Positions 41,871-55,288 of a DNA stretch of 64,000 bases are shown here, piece by piece (positions within the stretch are counted from its first letter, which is position 1; the number at the start of each line of letters is the position of its first letter). The stretch comes from Pecten maximus (taxonomy: Eukaryota): positions 23,622,001 to 23,686,000 of the forward strand of contig NC_047032.1 of assembly GCF_902652985.1 (NCBI RefSeq), given 5' to 3'. The translations under genes and the position numbers were made by a program. The notes beneath the pieces were generated by a model that had not been told where the DNA came from, ran no database searches, and saw only the letters and a program-made list of their open reading frames with translations.

Positions 41871-42160
41871 CGTAGGTAAAAGTGTAACGTAAACAGAAGC
41901 CTTGGCTAGCGAAGATGTCAGTAGAAGGTTGTCCTGTAACTGTATCCGGGATATGTGTAAGCATGTCCATCGTCATTGAAAACAACGTTAGTGTTCTCAC
42001 TAAGGCTTTTTAAGTAGAAACATCCCTGAGTGATGTAATTTGCAACAAAGCGGGCACGGATAATTTATTATTTGTGTAAAATTGCCGACATGTGTGTACC
42101 ATTTTTCATAAAGATAAATGTGAGAAGTAAACAGAATAAATTCATGGTCAAAACAGCCAT

Positions 42161-43066
42161 GGTTCTCGGGATAGGTGGAACTATATATCTAAAAGAGTAA
42201 TTGTGGTAGAATAAAACAGGTTCTCGGGATAGGTGGAACTATATATCTAAAAGAGTAATTGTGGTAGAATAAGCAGTTCTTCGGGATAGGGGACATATCT
42301 AGAATTGTACAGGTTCTCGGGATAGGTGGAACTATATATCTAAAAGAGTAATTGTGGTAGAATAAAACAGGTTCTCGGGATAGGTGGAACTATATATCTA
42401 AAAGAGTAATTGTGGTAGAATAAACAGGTTCTCGGGATAGGTGGAACTATATATCTAAAAGAGTAATTATGGTAGAATAAAACAGGTTCTCGGGATAGGT
42501 GGAACTATATATCTAAAAGAGTAATTATGGTAGAATAAAACAGGTTCTCGGGATAGGTGGAACTATATATCTAAAAGAGTAATTATGGTAGAATAAAACA
42601 GGTTCTCGGGATAGGTGGAACTATATATCTAAAAGAGTAATTATGGTAGAATAAAACAGGTTCTCGGGATAGGTGGAACTATATATCTAAAAGAGTAATT
42701 GTGGTAGAATAAAACAGGTTCTCGGGATAGGTGGAACTATATATCTAAAAGAGTAATTATGGTAGAATAAAACAGGTTCTCGGGATAGGTGGAACTATAT
42801 ATCTAACAGAGTAATTGTGGTAGAATAAAACAGGTTCTCGGGATAGGTGGAACTATATATCTAACAGAGTAATTGTGGTAGAATAAAACAGGTTCTCGGG
42901 ATAGGTGGAACTATATATCTAAAAGAGTAATTGTGGTAGAATAAAACAGGTTCTCGGGATAGGTGGAACTATATATCTAAAAGAGTAATTATGGTAGAAT
43001 AAAGCAGGTTCTCGGGATAGGTGGAACTATATATCTAAAAGAGTAATTATGGTAGAATAAAACAGG
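42161..43066. repeat. Minisatellite, 58-bp unit, ~15 copies
   Basis: ggttctcgggataggtggaactatatatctaaaagagtaattgtggtagaataaaaca. Confidence 0.95.
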
Positions 43067-43267
43067 AATAGACTGTTCTATATATCTTATATAAAAACGC
43101 TACATACTTTACCCTAATGCCACCACAACAATTGACATTTCTTTTAATTGAAGGTGAATGAATGATTAATTAATTTTGATCAAACTAGACTCCGACCCTA
43201 GTAAGCGAGGTTTTTGGAGCCTGTTGTTTTTTATTGTTTGTTGGTGTACGATGTTAATTCGATTATT

Positions 43268-43979
43268 TCTGTACCATGGGTGTTAATTATATATATATCT
43301 GTACCGTGGGTGTTAATTAGATATATATCTGTACCGTGGGTGTTAATTATATATATATCTGTACCGTGGGTGTTAATTAGATATATATCTGTACCGTGGG
43401 TGTTAATTAGATATATATATCTGTACCGAGGGTGTTAATTATGTATATTTCTGTACCATACAAGGGTGTTAGTAAGATATATATCTGTACCGTGGGTGTT
43501 AATTATATATATATCTGTACCTTGGGTGTTCATTAGATATATATCTGTACCGTGGGTATTAATTAGATATATATCTGTACCGTGGGTGTTAATTAGATAT
43601 ATATCTGTACCGTGGGTGTTAATTAGATATATATCTGTACCGTGGGTATTAATTAGATATATATCTGTACCGTGGGTGTTAATTATATATATCTGTACCG
43701 TGGGTGTTAATTAGATATATATCTGTACCGTGGGTATTAATTATATATATATCTGTACCGTGGGTGTCAATTAGGTATATATCTGTACCGTGGGTGTTAA
43801 TTAGATATATATCTGTACCGTGGGTGTTAATTAGATATATATCTGTACCGTGGGTGTTAATTAGATATATATCTGTACCGTGGGTGTTAATTAGATATAT
43901 ATATCTACCATGGGTGTTAATTAAATATATATATATATCTGTACCTTGGGTGTTAATTAGATATATATATGTACCTTGG
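43268..43979. repeat. Minisatellite, 30-bp unit, ~23 copies
   Basis: tctgtaccgtgggtgttaattagatatata. Confidence 0.95.
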
Positions 43980-44794
43980 ACGCAATTTTATGCATTTTTG
44001 TGACTTGTAGTGTAACGATGTGTAGCATTCTTTAACGAGAGTATTTTTCATACAGCTGTGATGATAAACGAACTCATATACGGTAGCATGGATGAAATAT
44101 TTCACGTCAACTATATATGGTATAACCTGCCACAGAAATGAAGGTAACGTACCTTAACTGTCGGCAGCTGTATACCTGGGTATTAATGTGTCCGATGTGG
44201 ACATCTATTACATTGTATTATGATACAATTCGTGCATTTTTTTTATTGTTAAGAGGTGTCCAATGTGGACATCTACGATATTGTATTACAGTGTGTATGT
44301 TTTCTTGTAATGAATAATAATTTTAGCGATATTTTGCTAACATCCCAGCTCAGTTCAGAACAGCACTATAAATGTAGCTCCGCAACACACAAGGGTCCAA
44401 CCCGCGCCGTTCTAAGTAAATCGAACAATTATGTTGGCATGTGTCCAAAAAATGCTTATATATACTTTTATAACCGGTTCAGTTTCAGATAAGACTGGTA
44501 GGATACCCGCTCGGCTCTGTAGGCATGCATACGTGTAATCTATCTCTATATTTGATATCATTTGGGTTCTAGGTTGCGTAACAGTAAAGGGTATTCAGAA
44601 TTTGTTCACAATGAAAGCAAAAAAGTTATATCTATTCATAACAAAATAATCAGAACTACCCCCCACCCCCTTGCACGGTATAACAACCTTCGGATATGTA
44701 CGCGTGTCCTTTAAGACTATTTCTGGTGGTATACTAGTACTTTCTACAGAAGAAACAGCTGTGTATTGTAGGTACGTATAGGACGATATAACGG

Positions 44795-47700
44795 TATAAA
44801 ATACGTACCCTTGTCTACGTTATAAAATGCGTACCCTTGTCTACGTTATAAAATACATACCATTGTCTACGTTATAAAATACGTACCATTGTCTACGTTA
44901 TAAAATACGTACCCTTGTCTACGTTATAAAATACGTACCTTTGTCTACGTTATAAAATACGTACCCTTGTCTACGTTATAAAATACGTACCCTTGTCTAC
45001 GTTATAAAATACGTACCTTTGTCTACGTTATAAAATACGTACCCTTGTCTACGTTATAAAATACGTACCCTTTGTCTACGTTATAAAATACGTACCTTTG
45101 TCTACGTTATAAAATACGTACCTTTGTCTACGTTATAAAATACGTACCGTTGTCTACGTTATAAAATACGTACCCTTGTCTACGTTATAAAATACGTACC
45201 CTTGTCTACGTTATAAAATACGTACCTTTGTCTACGTTATAAAATACGTACCTTTGTCTACGTTATAAAATACGTACCCTTGTCTACGTTATAAAATACG
45301 TACCCTTGTCTACGTTATAAAATACGTACCTTTGTCTACGTTATAAAATACGTACCATTGTCTACGTTATAAAATACGTACCATTGTCTACGTTATAAAA
45401 TACGTACCCTTGTCTACGTTATAAAATACGTACCCTTGTCTACGTTATAAAATACGTACCTTTGTCTACGTTATAAAATACATACCTTTGTCTACGTTAT
45501 AAAATACGTATCCCTGTCTACGTTATAAAATACGTACCCTTGTCTACGTTATAAAATACGTACCTTTGTCTACGTTATAAAATACGTACCTTTGTCTACG
45601 TTATAAAATACGTACCTTTGTCTACGTTATAAAATACGTACCCTTGTCTACGTTATAAAATACGTACCGTTGTCTACGTTATAAAATACGTACCCTTGTC
45701 TACGTTATAAAATACGTACCCTTGTCTACGTTATAAAATACGTACCCTTGTCTACGTTATAAAATACGTACCCTTGTCTACGTTATAAAATACGTACCCT
45801 TGTCTACGTTATAAAATACGTACCTTTGTCTACGTTATAAAATACGTACCCTTGTCTACGTTATAAAATACGTACCTTTGTCTACGTTATAAAATACGTA
45901 CCCTTGTCTACGTTATAAAATACGTACCCTTGTCTACGTTATAAAATACGTACCTTTGTCTACGTTATAAAATACGTACCCTTGTCTACGTTATAAAATA
46001 CGTACCCTTGTCTACGTTATAAAATACGTACCTTTGTCTACGTTATAAAATACGTACCCTTGTCTACGTTATAAAATACGTACCTTTGTCTACGTTATAA
46101 AATACGTACCCTTGTCTACGTTATAAAATACGTACCCTTGTCTACGTTATAAAATACGTACCTTTGTCTACGTTATAAAATACGTACCCTTGTCTACGTT
46201 ATAAAATACGTACCCTTGTCTACGTTATAAAATACGTACCATTGTCTACGTTATAAAATACGTACCCTTGTCTACGTTATAAAATACGTACCTTTGTCTA
46301 CGTTATAAAATACGTACCCTTGTCTACGTTATAAAATACGTACCCTTGTCTACGTTATAAAATACGTACCTTTGTCTACGTTATAAAATACGTACCCTTG
46401 TCTACGTTATAAAATACGTACCTTTGTCTACGTTATAAAATACGTACCCTTGTCTACGTTATAAAATACGTACCCTTGTCTACGTTATAAAATACGTACC
46501 CTTGTCTACGTTATGAAATACGTACCCTTGTCTACGTTATAAAATACGTACCTTTGTTTTTACGTTATAAAATACGTACCATTGTCTACGTTATAAAATA
46601 CGTACCTTTGTCTATGTTATAAAATACGTACCCTTGTCTACGTTATAAAATACGTATCCTTGTCCACGTTATAAAATACGTACCATTGTCTACGTTATAA
46701 AATACGTACCCTTGTCTACGTTATAAAATACGTATCCTTGTCTACGTTATAAAATACGTACCTTTGTCTACGTTATAAAATACGTACCCTTGTCTACGTT
46801 ATAAAATACGTACCATTGTCTACGTTATAAAATACGTACCCTTGTCTACGTTATAAAATACGTACCCTTGTCTACGTTATAAAATACGTACCCTTGTCTA
46901 CGTTATAAAATACGTACCTTTGTCTACGTTATAAAATACGTACCTTTGTTTTTACGTTATAAAATACGTACCTTTGTCTACGTTATAAAATACGTACCTT
47001 TGTCTATGTTATAAAATACATACCTTTGTCTACGTTATAAAATACGTACCTTTGTCTACGTTATAAAATACGTACCCTTGTCTACGTTATAAAATACGTA
47101 CCCTTGTCTACGTTATGAAATACGTACCCTCGTCTACGTTATAAAATACGTACCTTTGTTTTTACGTTATAAAATACGTACCTTTGTCTACGTTATAAAA
47201 TACGTACCTTTGTCTATGTTATAAAATACATACCTTTGTCTACGTTATAAAATACGTACCTTTGTCTGCGTTATAAAATACGTACCTTTGTCTACGTTAT
47301 AAAATACGTACCTTTGTCTGCGTTATAAAATACGTACCCTTGTCTACGTTATAAAATACGTACCCTTGTCTACGTTATAAAATACGTACCATTGTCTACG
47401 TTATAAAATACGTATCCTTGTCTACGTTATAAAATACGTACCTTTGTCTATGTTATAAAATACGTACCCTTGTCTACGTTATAAAATACGTACCTTTGTC
47501 TACGTTATAAAATACGTACCCTTGTCTACGTTATAAAATACGTACCCTTGTCTACGTTATAAAATACGTACCTTTGTCTACGTTATAAAATACGTACCCT
47601 TGTCTATGTTATAAAATACGTACCCTTGTCTACGTTATAAAATACGTACCTTTGTCTACGTTATAAAATACGTACCTTTGTCTATGTTATAAAATACGTA

Positions 47701-48181
47701 CCCTTGTCTACGTTATAAAATACGTACCTTTGTCTACGTTATAAAATACGTACCCTTGTCTACGTTATAAAATACGTACCCTTGTCTACGTTATAAAATA
47801 CGTACCCTTGTCTACGTTATAAAATACGTACCTTTGTCTACGTTATAAAATACGTACCTTTGTCTATGTTATAAAATACGTACCCTTGTCTACGTTATAA
47901 AATACGTACCATTGTCTACGTTATAAAATACGTACCCTTGTCTACGTTATAAAATACGTACCCTTGTCTACGTTATAAAATACGTACCTTTGTCTACGTT
48001 ATAAAATACGTACCTTTGTCTATGTTATAAAATACGTACCCTTGTCTACGTTATAAAATACGTACCTTTGTCTACGTTATAAAATACGTACCCTTGTCTA
48101 CGTTATAAAATACGTACCTTTGTCTACGTTATAAAATACGTACCTTTGTCTACGTTATAAAATACGTACCCTTGTCTACGT
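44795..48181 (-). repeat. Minisatellite, 26-bp unit, ~130 copies, derived from the putative exon 1 donor junction
   Basis: Minus-strand unit ACGTAGACAAGG|GTACGTATTTTATA. Confidence 0.97.
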
Positions 48182-48191
48182 CTACTTTCAT
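48170..48191 (-). CDS. Otop: Otopetrin (OtopLc-like proton channel), putative first coding exon MKVDVDK
   Basis: ATG AAA GTA GAC GTA GAC AAG G|GTACGT; phase 1 matches the next exon; short, so less certain. Confidence 0.6.
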
Positions 48192-48557
48192 CGTGTTTCT
48201 CAGCGCGTGTGATTCCTCTCGCCAGACAGGTAAGCTATTAGGAGTAGGTAACATGGAGGTCAAAGGTGAAAAGTGATTTGTGTATGTATGTGTCCGCTCA
48301 CAGTGAATACTTTGCATGTATACATACCAAGCTTAAGTACTATATCAGTTGGGATAAATGGTCCTTAGCGTTGCTACTTTAATAATTAATCTGTTTCCCG
48401 AAAATGTTTCCCTAGCTTCTGTAGATCATCTCGATGTCTTTTGAACAGAATTGGCACCACGCAAATTGTAATATATTGTATTCCATTTCAACATATTTTT
48501 ATTGACTGCTGTTGTTTCAATATAGGATTAGACATCAGGCAGAGCCTATATAAGTCA

Positions 48558-48665
48558 TCTCCTTACATAAAACAGGTAAACAAACTTAAACATTCTCCTT
48601 ACATAAAACAGGTAAACAAACTTAAACATTCTCCTTACATAAAACAGGTAAACAAACTTAAACAT
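48558..48665. repeat. 36-bp tandem repeat x3
   Basis: tctccttacataaaacaggtaaacaaacttaaacat. Confidence 0.9.
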
Positions 48666-49544
48666 ATTTACATACAACCAATATGGATTATACAATAAGA
48701 GAGGAGGTATCTTCTTAATTTGTTCTGATTTTTACATGATAAGAAGAAAGTAACTTCTTAAAAAATGATTAAATTGTTCTGAAATGTATAGGTATACCTA
48801 TTTGGTCAAATTGATTTTATTCCCCCAACAGCTACAGGCCGAATACAATGTATTTACTTATTTATTACTTGAAATGACACTTGAAAAGTTATTTCAAATA
48901 GCGTTGAAGTGACCATGCAACTCGACGCAATTTGTAATAACTTTTCAAATACCACTTTCAGTGACAGACAAGTATTTTGAACTAGGTTGAAACATGCTCA
49001 AAGGAATGATTATCTTTCCATCTGGTGACGATTTATCCGGTAAAAAACCTCACATGGCATGCTCTAGGGGTAGTCATGTGATGTATCAAGGGTCCAATCT
49101 CAGTCTGCCAAACTGTATATCCTAGACTGGCTACCAAGTTGTTAGAATTGCTCCACTAAATTCTAATACTAGATTATCTCCCCCTAGTTTGAAACTTGGA
49201 AACCACACATATCCTCGATACCAAAATTATAAAGCCCAATTTTAATGATAATTTTAATATTCTAGAGATAGGTGGCCAGTCTATGAATACCCATTTATAG
49301 GCCGTTATGCTAACATATTCAGATAGTTTGCATTTTTACAGAACAACGTAAACTCAGTAGATTGGACTAACAACTATTTCCTACTAAGACTGCTAAATAG
49401 AACGAGACAAATGTTCCTATCTACTATATGACAAACTATGATAACTACGTTATATACAGTGTTGGACAGAAACATCCCTTGCTCAACCTCCCTTAACTAA
49501 ACCCGTGTACTCTACCTAACTGAACCATGCATTGCCCTACAGGA

Positions 49545-49703
49545 TACCCGGTGCTTCACTACACCAACCACGGACTACATACCCGGTAGTGTCCACTACA
49601 CCAGCCACGGACTACATACCCGGTAGTGTCCACTACACCAACCACGGACTACATACCCGGTAGTGTCCACTACACCAACCATGGACTACATACCCGGTAG
49701 TGT
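49545..49703. repeat. 37-bp tandem repeat x4
   Basis: ccactacaccaaccacggactacatacccggtagtgt. Confidence 0.9.
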
Positions 49704-50043
49704 TCGCTCCTTACATGGTACTTTACCTCATACTCCAACAGTGTTAGATGTTTTACACGGCGAGATACTTTTGACGCAGTCGACAAAATAATATCCGATA
49801 GAAAAAGAGCCGACCAGCGGCCTCTTATGTTACAGGAGTATTTACCTCACTGCTAAACCATACAGTGATAACATGTACATGCAGTGTACTGTAGCCAGCG
49901 CCGTATAATTTACACCAATACACACTGTCCACTGCACTGCTGACCGCTCCAAACCTTAATGAGTGTTACCAAGCCTATACAGGCCCCAAGAGCCTAGCGA
50001 TACCTAACTACAGGTACTCCATTCTGCATCCACGGTTTGGAAC

Positions 50044-51055
50044 TTTTTATTTTTATTTATTTATTTATTTTTTTTTATTTTTGAAAATTTTTCAACAGTA
50101 CATAATAGATTCACAATTTAATTCATCCATACATCATACATATACTGTATACATTCCTTCCATTCTTCATAATCAGTTAAAATCCAACAGTTTATTTTAG
50201 ATGATTTAAAAAAATTGTATGTACTGTATTTATGAAAGAAAGAACGAGGGAATAGAAGAAATTAAAGAAAAGAAAGAAAAAAATCAGTGTGAAGAAAGAA
50301 TTGTTGAATAAGAGGGAGAAGGGAATATGAGGATTTGACAATGGGCTTGATGTATTAGATATGAAATAAGTGAATCTGATCATCATATTGCCAGGGACTT
50401 TGATAAGAGAAATACCAAGGAAAAGTACCACTAAGTCATAATAATTTTATTACATTTTTACCAGTGAAAATCGAAAATTATTCATTCAATATTATCCATG
50501 ATAGGATACCATGCTATATGGAGGAACCAGCTACACTAGTATCTCATAGAGTTCCGAAAAATAGAATGAAATCTCTAAACATATTTATAATTTATGTAGA
50601 GACCAGTAGTCTTTCCCATTTTCCCAGTCCTTATTAAAGATGTTAAGATGAGTTTCCCCTCTTTACTGGTTGTAATATATCTAAGAGTGTGGTATGTTTC
50701 TTTAATGTAATTTTTCAAAGATGATAAAGACGAACTCTTTTCCTGGCATCTTGTGCTATATAAATATTGCTTGATAATTAATATAATTAAATTATCAACA
50801 TTGTTTTTACCTTCATAAAATCCAAAGATAAATGACTCTTTGTTAAAATTAAAGGGAATGAATAATAGATTTAACAGAAATTCAAAATTTGTCAAAAATA
50901 GCTGTACTTTTTCACATTCCCATAATGCATGAACTATTGTTTCATTCTGGGTATTACAATGGTAACAAAATGGACTATCAACTAGGCCTATTTTATACAG
51001 ATATGAGTTTGTAGTTAAAATATATTGATTTATTCTAAACTGAAGCCACTGTCAT
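50044..51055 (-). mobile_element. 3' fragment of an L1/Tx1-type LINE
   Basis: WLQFRINQYILTTNSYLYKIG..SPFCYHCN..NETIVHALWEC zinc knuckle, K.YLY..RC; A-rich tail on the minus strand. Confidence 0.8.
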
Positions 51056-51479
51056 TTTGTAGACGGTTTGGAAACTGGGTGAAGCCTTATATACACTCTA
51101 TAACATACCAAATGTCTGTGGGTTTCGTCTGCTGGGTGTCCAGTTGATAATGAGACTGATAAATGGTGGTAATGAGAATAAAGATTGTCTAAATTTACAT
51201 AACAACCAGGATGTCAAGTCAACAAATTAACATTATATTCTAAGATGAATGGTATGAATACTAATTATGAGAGTGTCGCAACAAACTAAATCTTAACGGA
51301 ACAACAAAAGGATTGCAAACAAGTCTAACAATAGACATGAACATGCAACAAATATAAATCTTTAATAAAAAATTAAATATCAACCTTTCAACAATCAATA
51401 TGTAACAAAGAAGCACCATCTTTCAATATTTCGACTATAAACTAAGAAGCAAGCACCGATCTTCAATATTCTGTTTCCC

Positions 51480-53340
51480 GCCAAAGGACGTTTATCCTTG
51501 TCTAAAAAAGGTGTCCTCGAACTCAATCACTTCATTATCACGCCTGGTGTCTGTTTGTCTAGTGGTCTTGGTCACGGTCCGTCGTGACCTCTGTTTGGAT
51601 GCCTACATCCGTCTTCACTCTTTTCGTATCCCTACCAGTCAGTTCCTGCTGTATCTGGCCTTACAGTCATTGAGACCATGTTCGCTGGATCCTTTGGATG
51701 TGTTTCTGGTGCCATCTTCCTTTTTGTGTCCCTACCAGTCAGTTCCTGCTGTATCTGGCCTTACAGTCATTGAGACCATGTTCGCTGGATCCTTTGGATG
51801 TGTTTCTGGTGCCATCTTCCTTTTTGTATCCCTACCAGTCAGTTCCTGCTGTATCTGGCCTTACAGTCATTGAGACCATGTTCGCTGGATCCTTTGGATG
51901 TGTTTCTGGTGCCATCTTCCTTTTCGTGTCCCTGAGGATACTCGTGTGTTCTCTTCCAGACATCTCGAACACTTTAAAGATTTCACGACACTCGTTCCCT
52001 CTGTGTCCGTATCGGACCCTTCTAGGTCGCAAATCGACGACCCCGGTCCTTTTCACACCAGCTCACTTTGAATGTTTCGTCATCAGACGAAGGCTCAGAC
52101 GCTGAACTTATCGACTGGGAAGCACCGTACTGCTATTTTCGACGACAGCTTCTATGGTGGCATGCCGCTTCTCGTGTCACTTTAGGTTGGCTTGGTGTTA
52201 TAAGCACAACTATGCCAACGCCACATGTTGTTCACCGACTTCATTCCACAATCCACAAGGTGCGTCTTCCTCTCCTCCAAGGTCGCATTCTTGGTGGAAC
52301 AGATGGGACAAATATGTGACATTATCGGTGTTGCCTTTCTTTTCATCATTTTTCTGGAAAGATAGAATAGAGGCATCGCATACAGTGATTCTTCCAAGAC
52401 ACGACATACCCTAGTAAAATCAGAATGCCATTTGGATGAAAATCGCACTTTCACACAGAGATCCCTGATCCGAATGGATAATATGTGAGACTCCACATCT
52501 GTATATAACTTCCTCAGCAAGTACCTTAGCCACTGCGACTGCCTGTCCATTTTGTGTAATAATCGGAGATAACCAACACGTGCCGATTACCACTGTAGGT
52601 AACAGGTAGTTTACATAGGATATCAATGGCCATCCTCTCCATCGGCAATCCCGACACAACCGATTGCATTAGCACTTTTATGATAGGATTTATATAACAC
52701 AACCAATATGATATTTAAAAGTGTGACGTTTCGATGACTACACTGTCACCTTTATCAGACTAATCACACAAGTACTGACATATGCAGATGGTAATAGACT
52801 CGATCGACTGAGAGGATGTTTCGTCTATTATGATCCTACTGACACCAAGTTCGAACATATTGTGACGAGATGGTAAAAATGAAATAGAATCAAAGAATAG
52901 TGGAAGCGGTCATTCTCCTGTAATTCAACCTGCTAATACCCAGAATTTAAATCCAGATTAGAAAAAACACGAACAACCTTTTTAACTGATCTAGCACTTC
53001 GTCAATTCTGGTTATGGGACACGCATCATGCTGGCTTACAGCATATATCTGTCGACAGTCAACACAAAAACGCATTGTCCCATCCTTTTCTTTACCAACA
53101 CAATGTCAGGAGACCAATGACTGACAGATTTTTGTATAACCTTCCTATCAAGCATTTCCTGTACCTGTTTATCTACCTCGTCACGTAAGTGTGCAGGTAC
53201 CCTCCGTAGAGGTTGCTTTATAGGCTTAGCTGACCAGGTTTCGATAAGATGTTTCACAATGCTCGCCCTATCACGATCTTCATTTTACTGCAAACGCACC
53301 CTAATATTGTTTCAGTAAGTCTTCAACTTTTACTCTCACT
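51480..53340 (-). mobile_element. Degenerate Gypsy LTR retrotransposon (RT and integrase fragments plus an accessory zinc-finger ORF relic)
   Basis: PIKQPLRRVP..VQEMLD..IQKSVSHWSPDIVLVKK (RT start, 53036-53257); VAKVLAEEVIYRCGVSHIIHSDQGS (integrase, 52420-52550); left boundary approximate. Confidence 0.85.
51627..51925. repeat. 99-bp tandem repeat x3 inside the Gypsy relic
   Basis: tccctaccagtcagttcctgctgtatctggccttacag...gtgccatcttccttt. Confidence 0.92.
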
Positions 53341-54019
53341 GGCGTCATCTGTGATTATTTATCTCCTAACGTATCTAGAATAGTTGTTTATAAACACTGT
53401 AATTACTAGATCACACTCGCGAGCCCACAACTCCCCAGTCCGCTGACCAATCGAGATAGCTGACCAATCGAGATAACAAAGCAAATAAGGTGGTCAAGAC
53501 GACAGAACATTTAAAACCAGATGTCGCATCGTGTGTATGGACGACCCATAGATTATGCACTTGTGGTGTGAGATTAATTAGACTTCATTGTCAGAACGAA
53601 TCCTTTATTGGAACTACATCGATGCTTTTTCGTAAGGGTTAATTCTCTGTCTAGATTTTACAAATCCCTAGTCAATGTTTGATAGATATTTCTTACAGAG
53701 TACGTTATTTAATTAGTAGTCTGAGTTTCATTTGGACCCGAACCACACTTAGATATTCTTACAGACAAGCAGTCTAGCGTAGTCTTTCCTCTGGCCCCGA
53801 CACGAGACTTGTACATTCTGACAGATAGATGTCTGGCGTAGCCCAATATAGCTCAATCTGGCGTTGACAACAGACTTAACCTTGTTGCGCTGATGACGTT
53901 GTTTATTAGTCTTCGTCTACTAACATTGACTAATGACGCTTCTACTCAATTGACTGGTATTGACTTCCGGTCATTTCCTGCCATATAACTTCCCAGGCTA
54001 GTATACCTCCATACTCAAT

Positions 54020-55050
54020 TCAGGCCTGATTCAATGGTGCTCAGTGTTGGTTCTCTAACTAATGGTGATGACAGAGAATTCGAGGTGTCCACAACTATGT
54101 TAGAAAACGTGCATCCATGAAGTCTGGTTCGTGCATCCACGTACATGTAGTTTGGGTCGTGTTCTCTTCTTAAAGAGTTTCCTACAATATCTCCGAGTGA
54201 TGTGAAGATTCCGGTCGTAAGAGACTGCAACAAACTTCCCAGGATCTACATCTTCCTGTCCACTACAGATCATGAAGAGACTGACAATGTCTGATCTCTC
54301 CCGTCTGTATCCCAGTGATGGTATCTACCCAGTTTTCTTAGTCATATGGAATATTTTTAGGCGAGGCACCAATCTGGTGGTACGACGCTGGACATTTTCA
54401 CGTAGTCCTACTCTTCTGCTCTTTGTGCAGTAGTCAAGGCGGGGTCTTACCAAGGCTTTGTAGAGGTCGGAAAACATTTCTTCATCTATATACAATTATA
54501 CATGAATGACTTAACCAGTCAAGCCTGTTAGATTTCTTTGCCTGAATTGCTGAATAGTGTTCCCAGTCTCTTCACCGAGGCTGTATACATGGTCTGATGA
54601 CTCATTCCCAGTTCTAACGTTCATTTGTTGGCATTTCTCCTTATTAAGCTTCACAAGCCGTGTTTTGTCCAGTTGCTGACACTGTTGATATCTTCCTGTA
54701 GTCTCCATTCAGATGATATTTACTGTAGATTTTGTCATCATCCACAAGCAGTTTGACGATAGAATTCACTACGTCGGGAAGGTCATTTATATACCAAAAC
54801 AAAGCTGGTCCTAACATACTGTCCTGGGGAACTCTGTTTGTCACTGGTGCTGTTTTTGACGATTTACGTTGATAATGACCTGCTACTCAATTCCACATAG
54901 AAAGTCCTTTATCCATTTCCTCGTGTTTTCTGATACGCCATATCATTTAATTTCCTACAATAATCTTTGATGGGGAACAGTATCAAGAGCTTTCTTAAAA
55001 TCCAGGTACACTGTGTCTACTTGATTGCCATTGTCTAATGTTTCGGTCCT
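54020..55050 (-). mobile_element. Degenerate CR1-type LINE RT fragment
   Basis: VDTVYLDFKKALDTVPHQRLL, VPQDSMLGPALF..INDLPD..VKLLVDDDKIY, ENVQRRTTRLVP. Confidence 0.85.
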
Positions 55051-55288
55051 TTAATAGTTGTAGGCATTCGGACAGAAAGATGTCTGGTGTAGTCTTTACT
55101 CTGGTCCTGACACAAGGCTTAGACATTCTGACAAATAAATATCTGTTGTAGGGGCCCCGACACCAGACTTAGACACTCTGAAAGACAAATTTCTAGTGTT
55201 GTTTTTCCTCTGGTTCTGATATTAGATTTGTACATTCTGACAGACAGATGACTGATGTATCCCAAGATCCCTCTGGCCCCGACACCAG

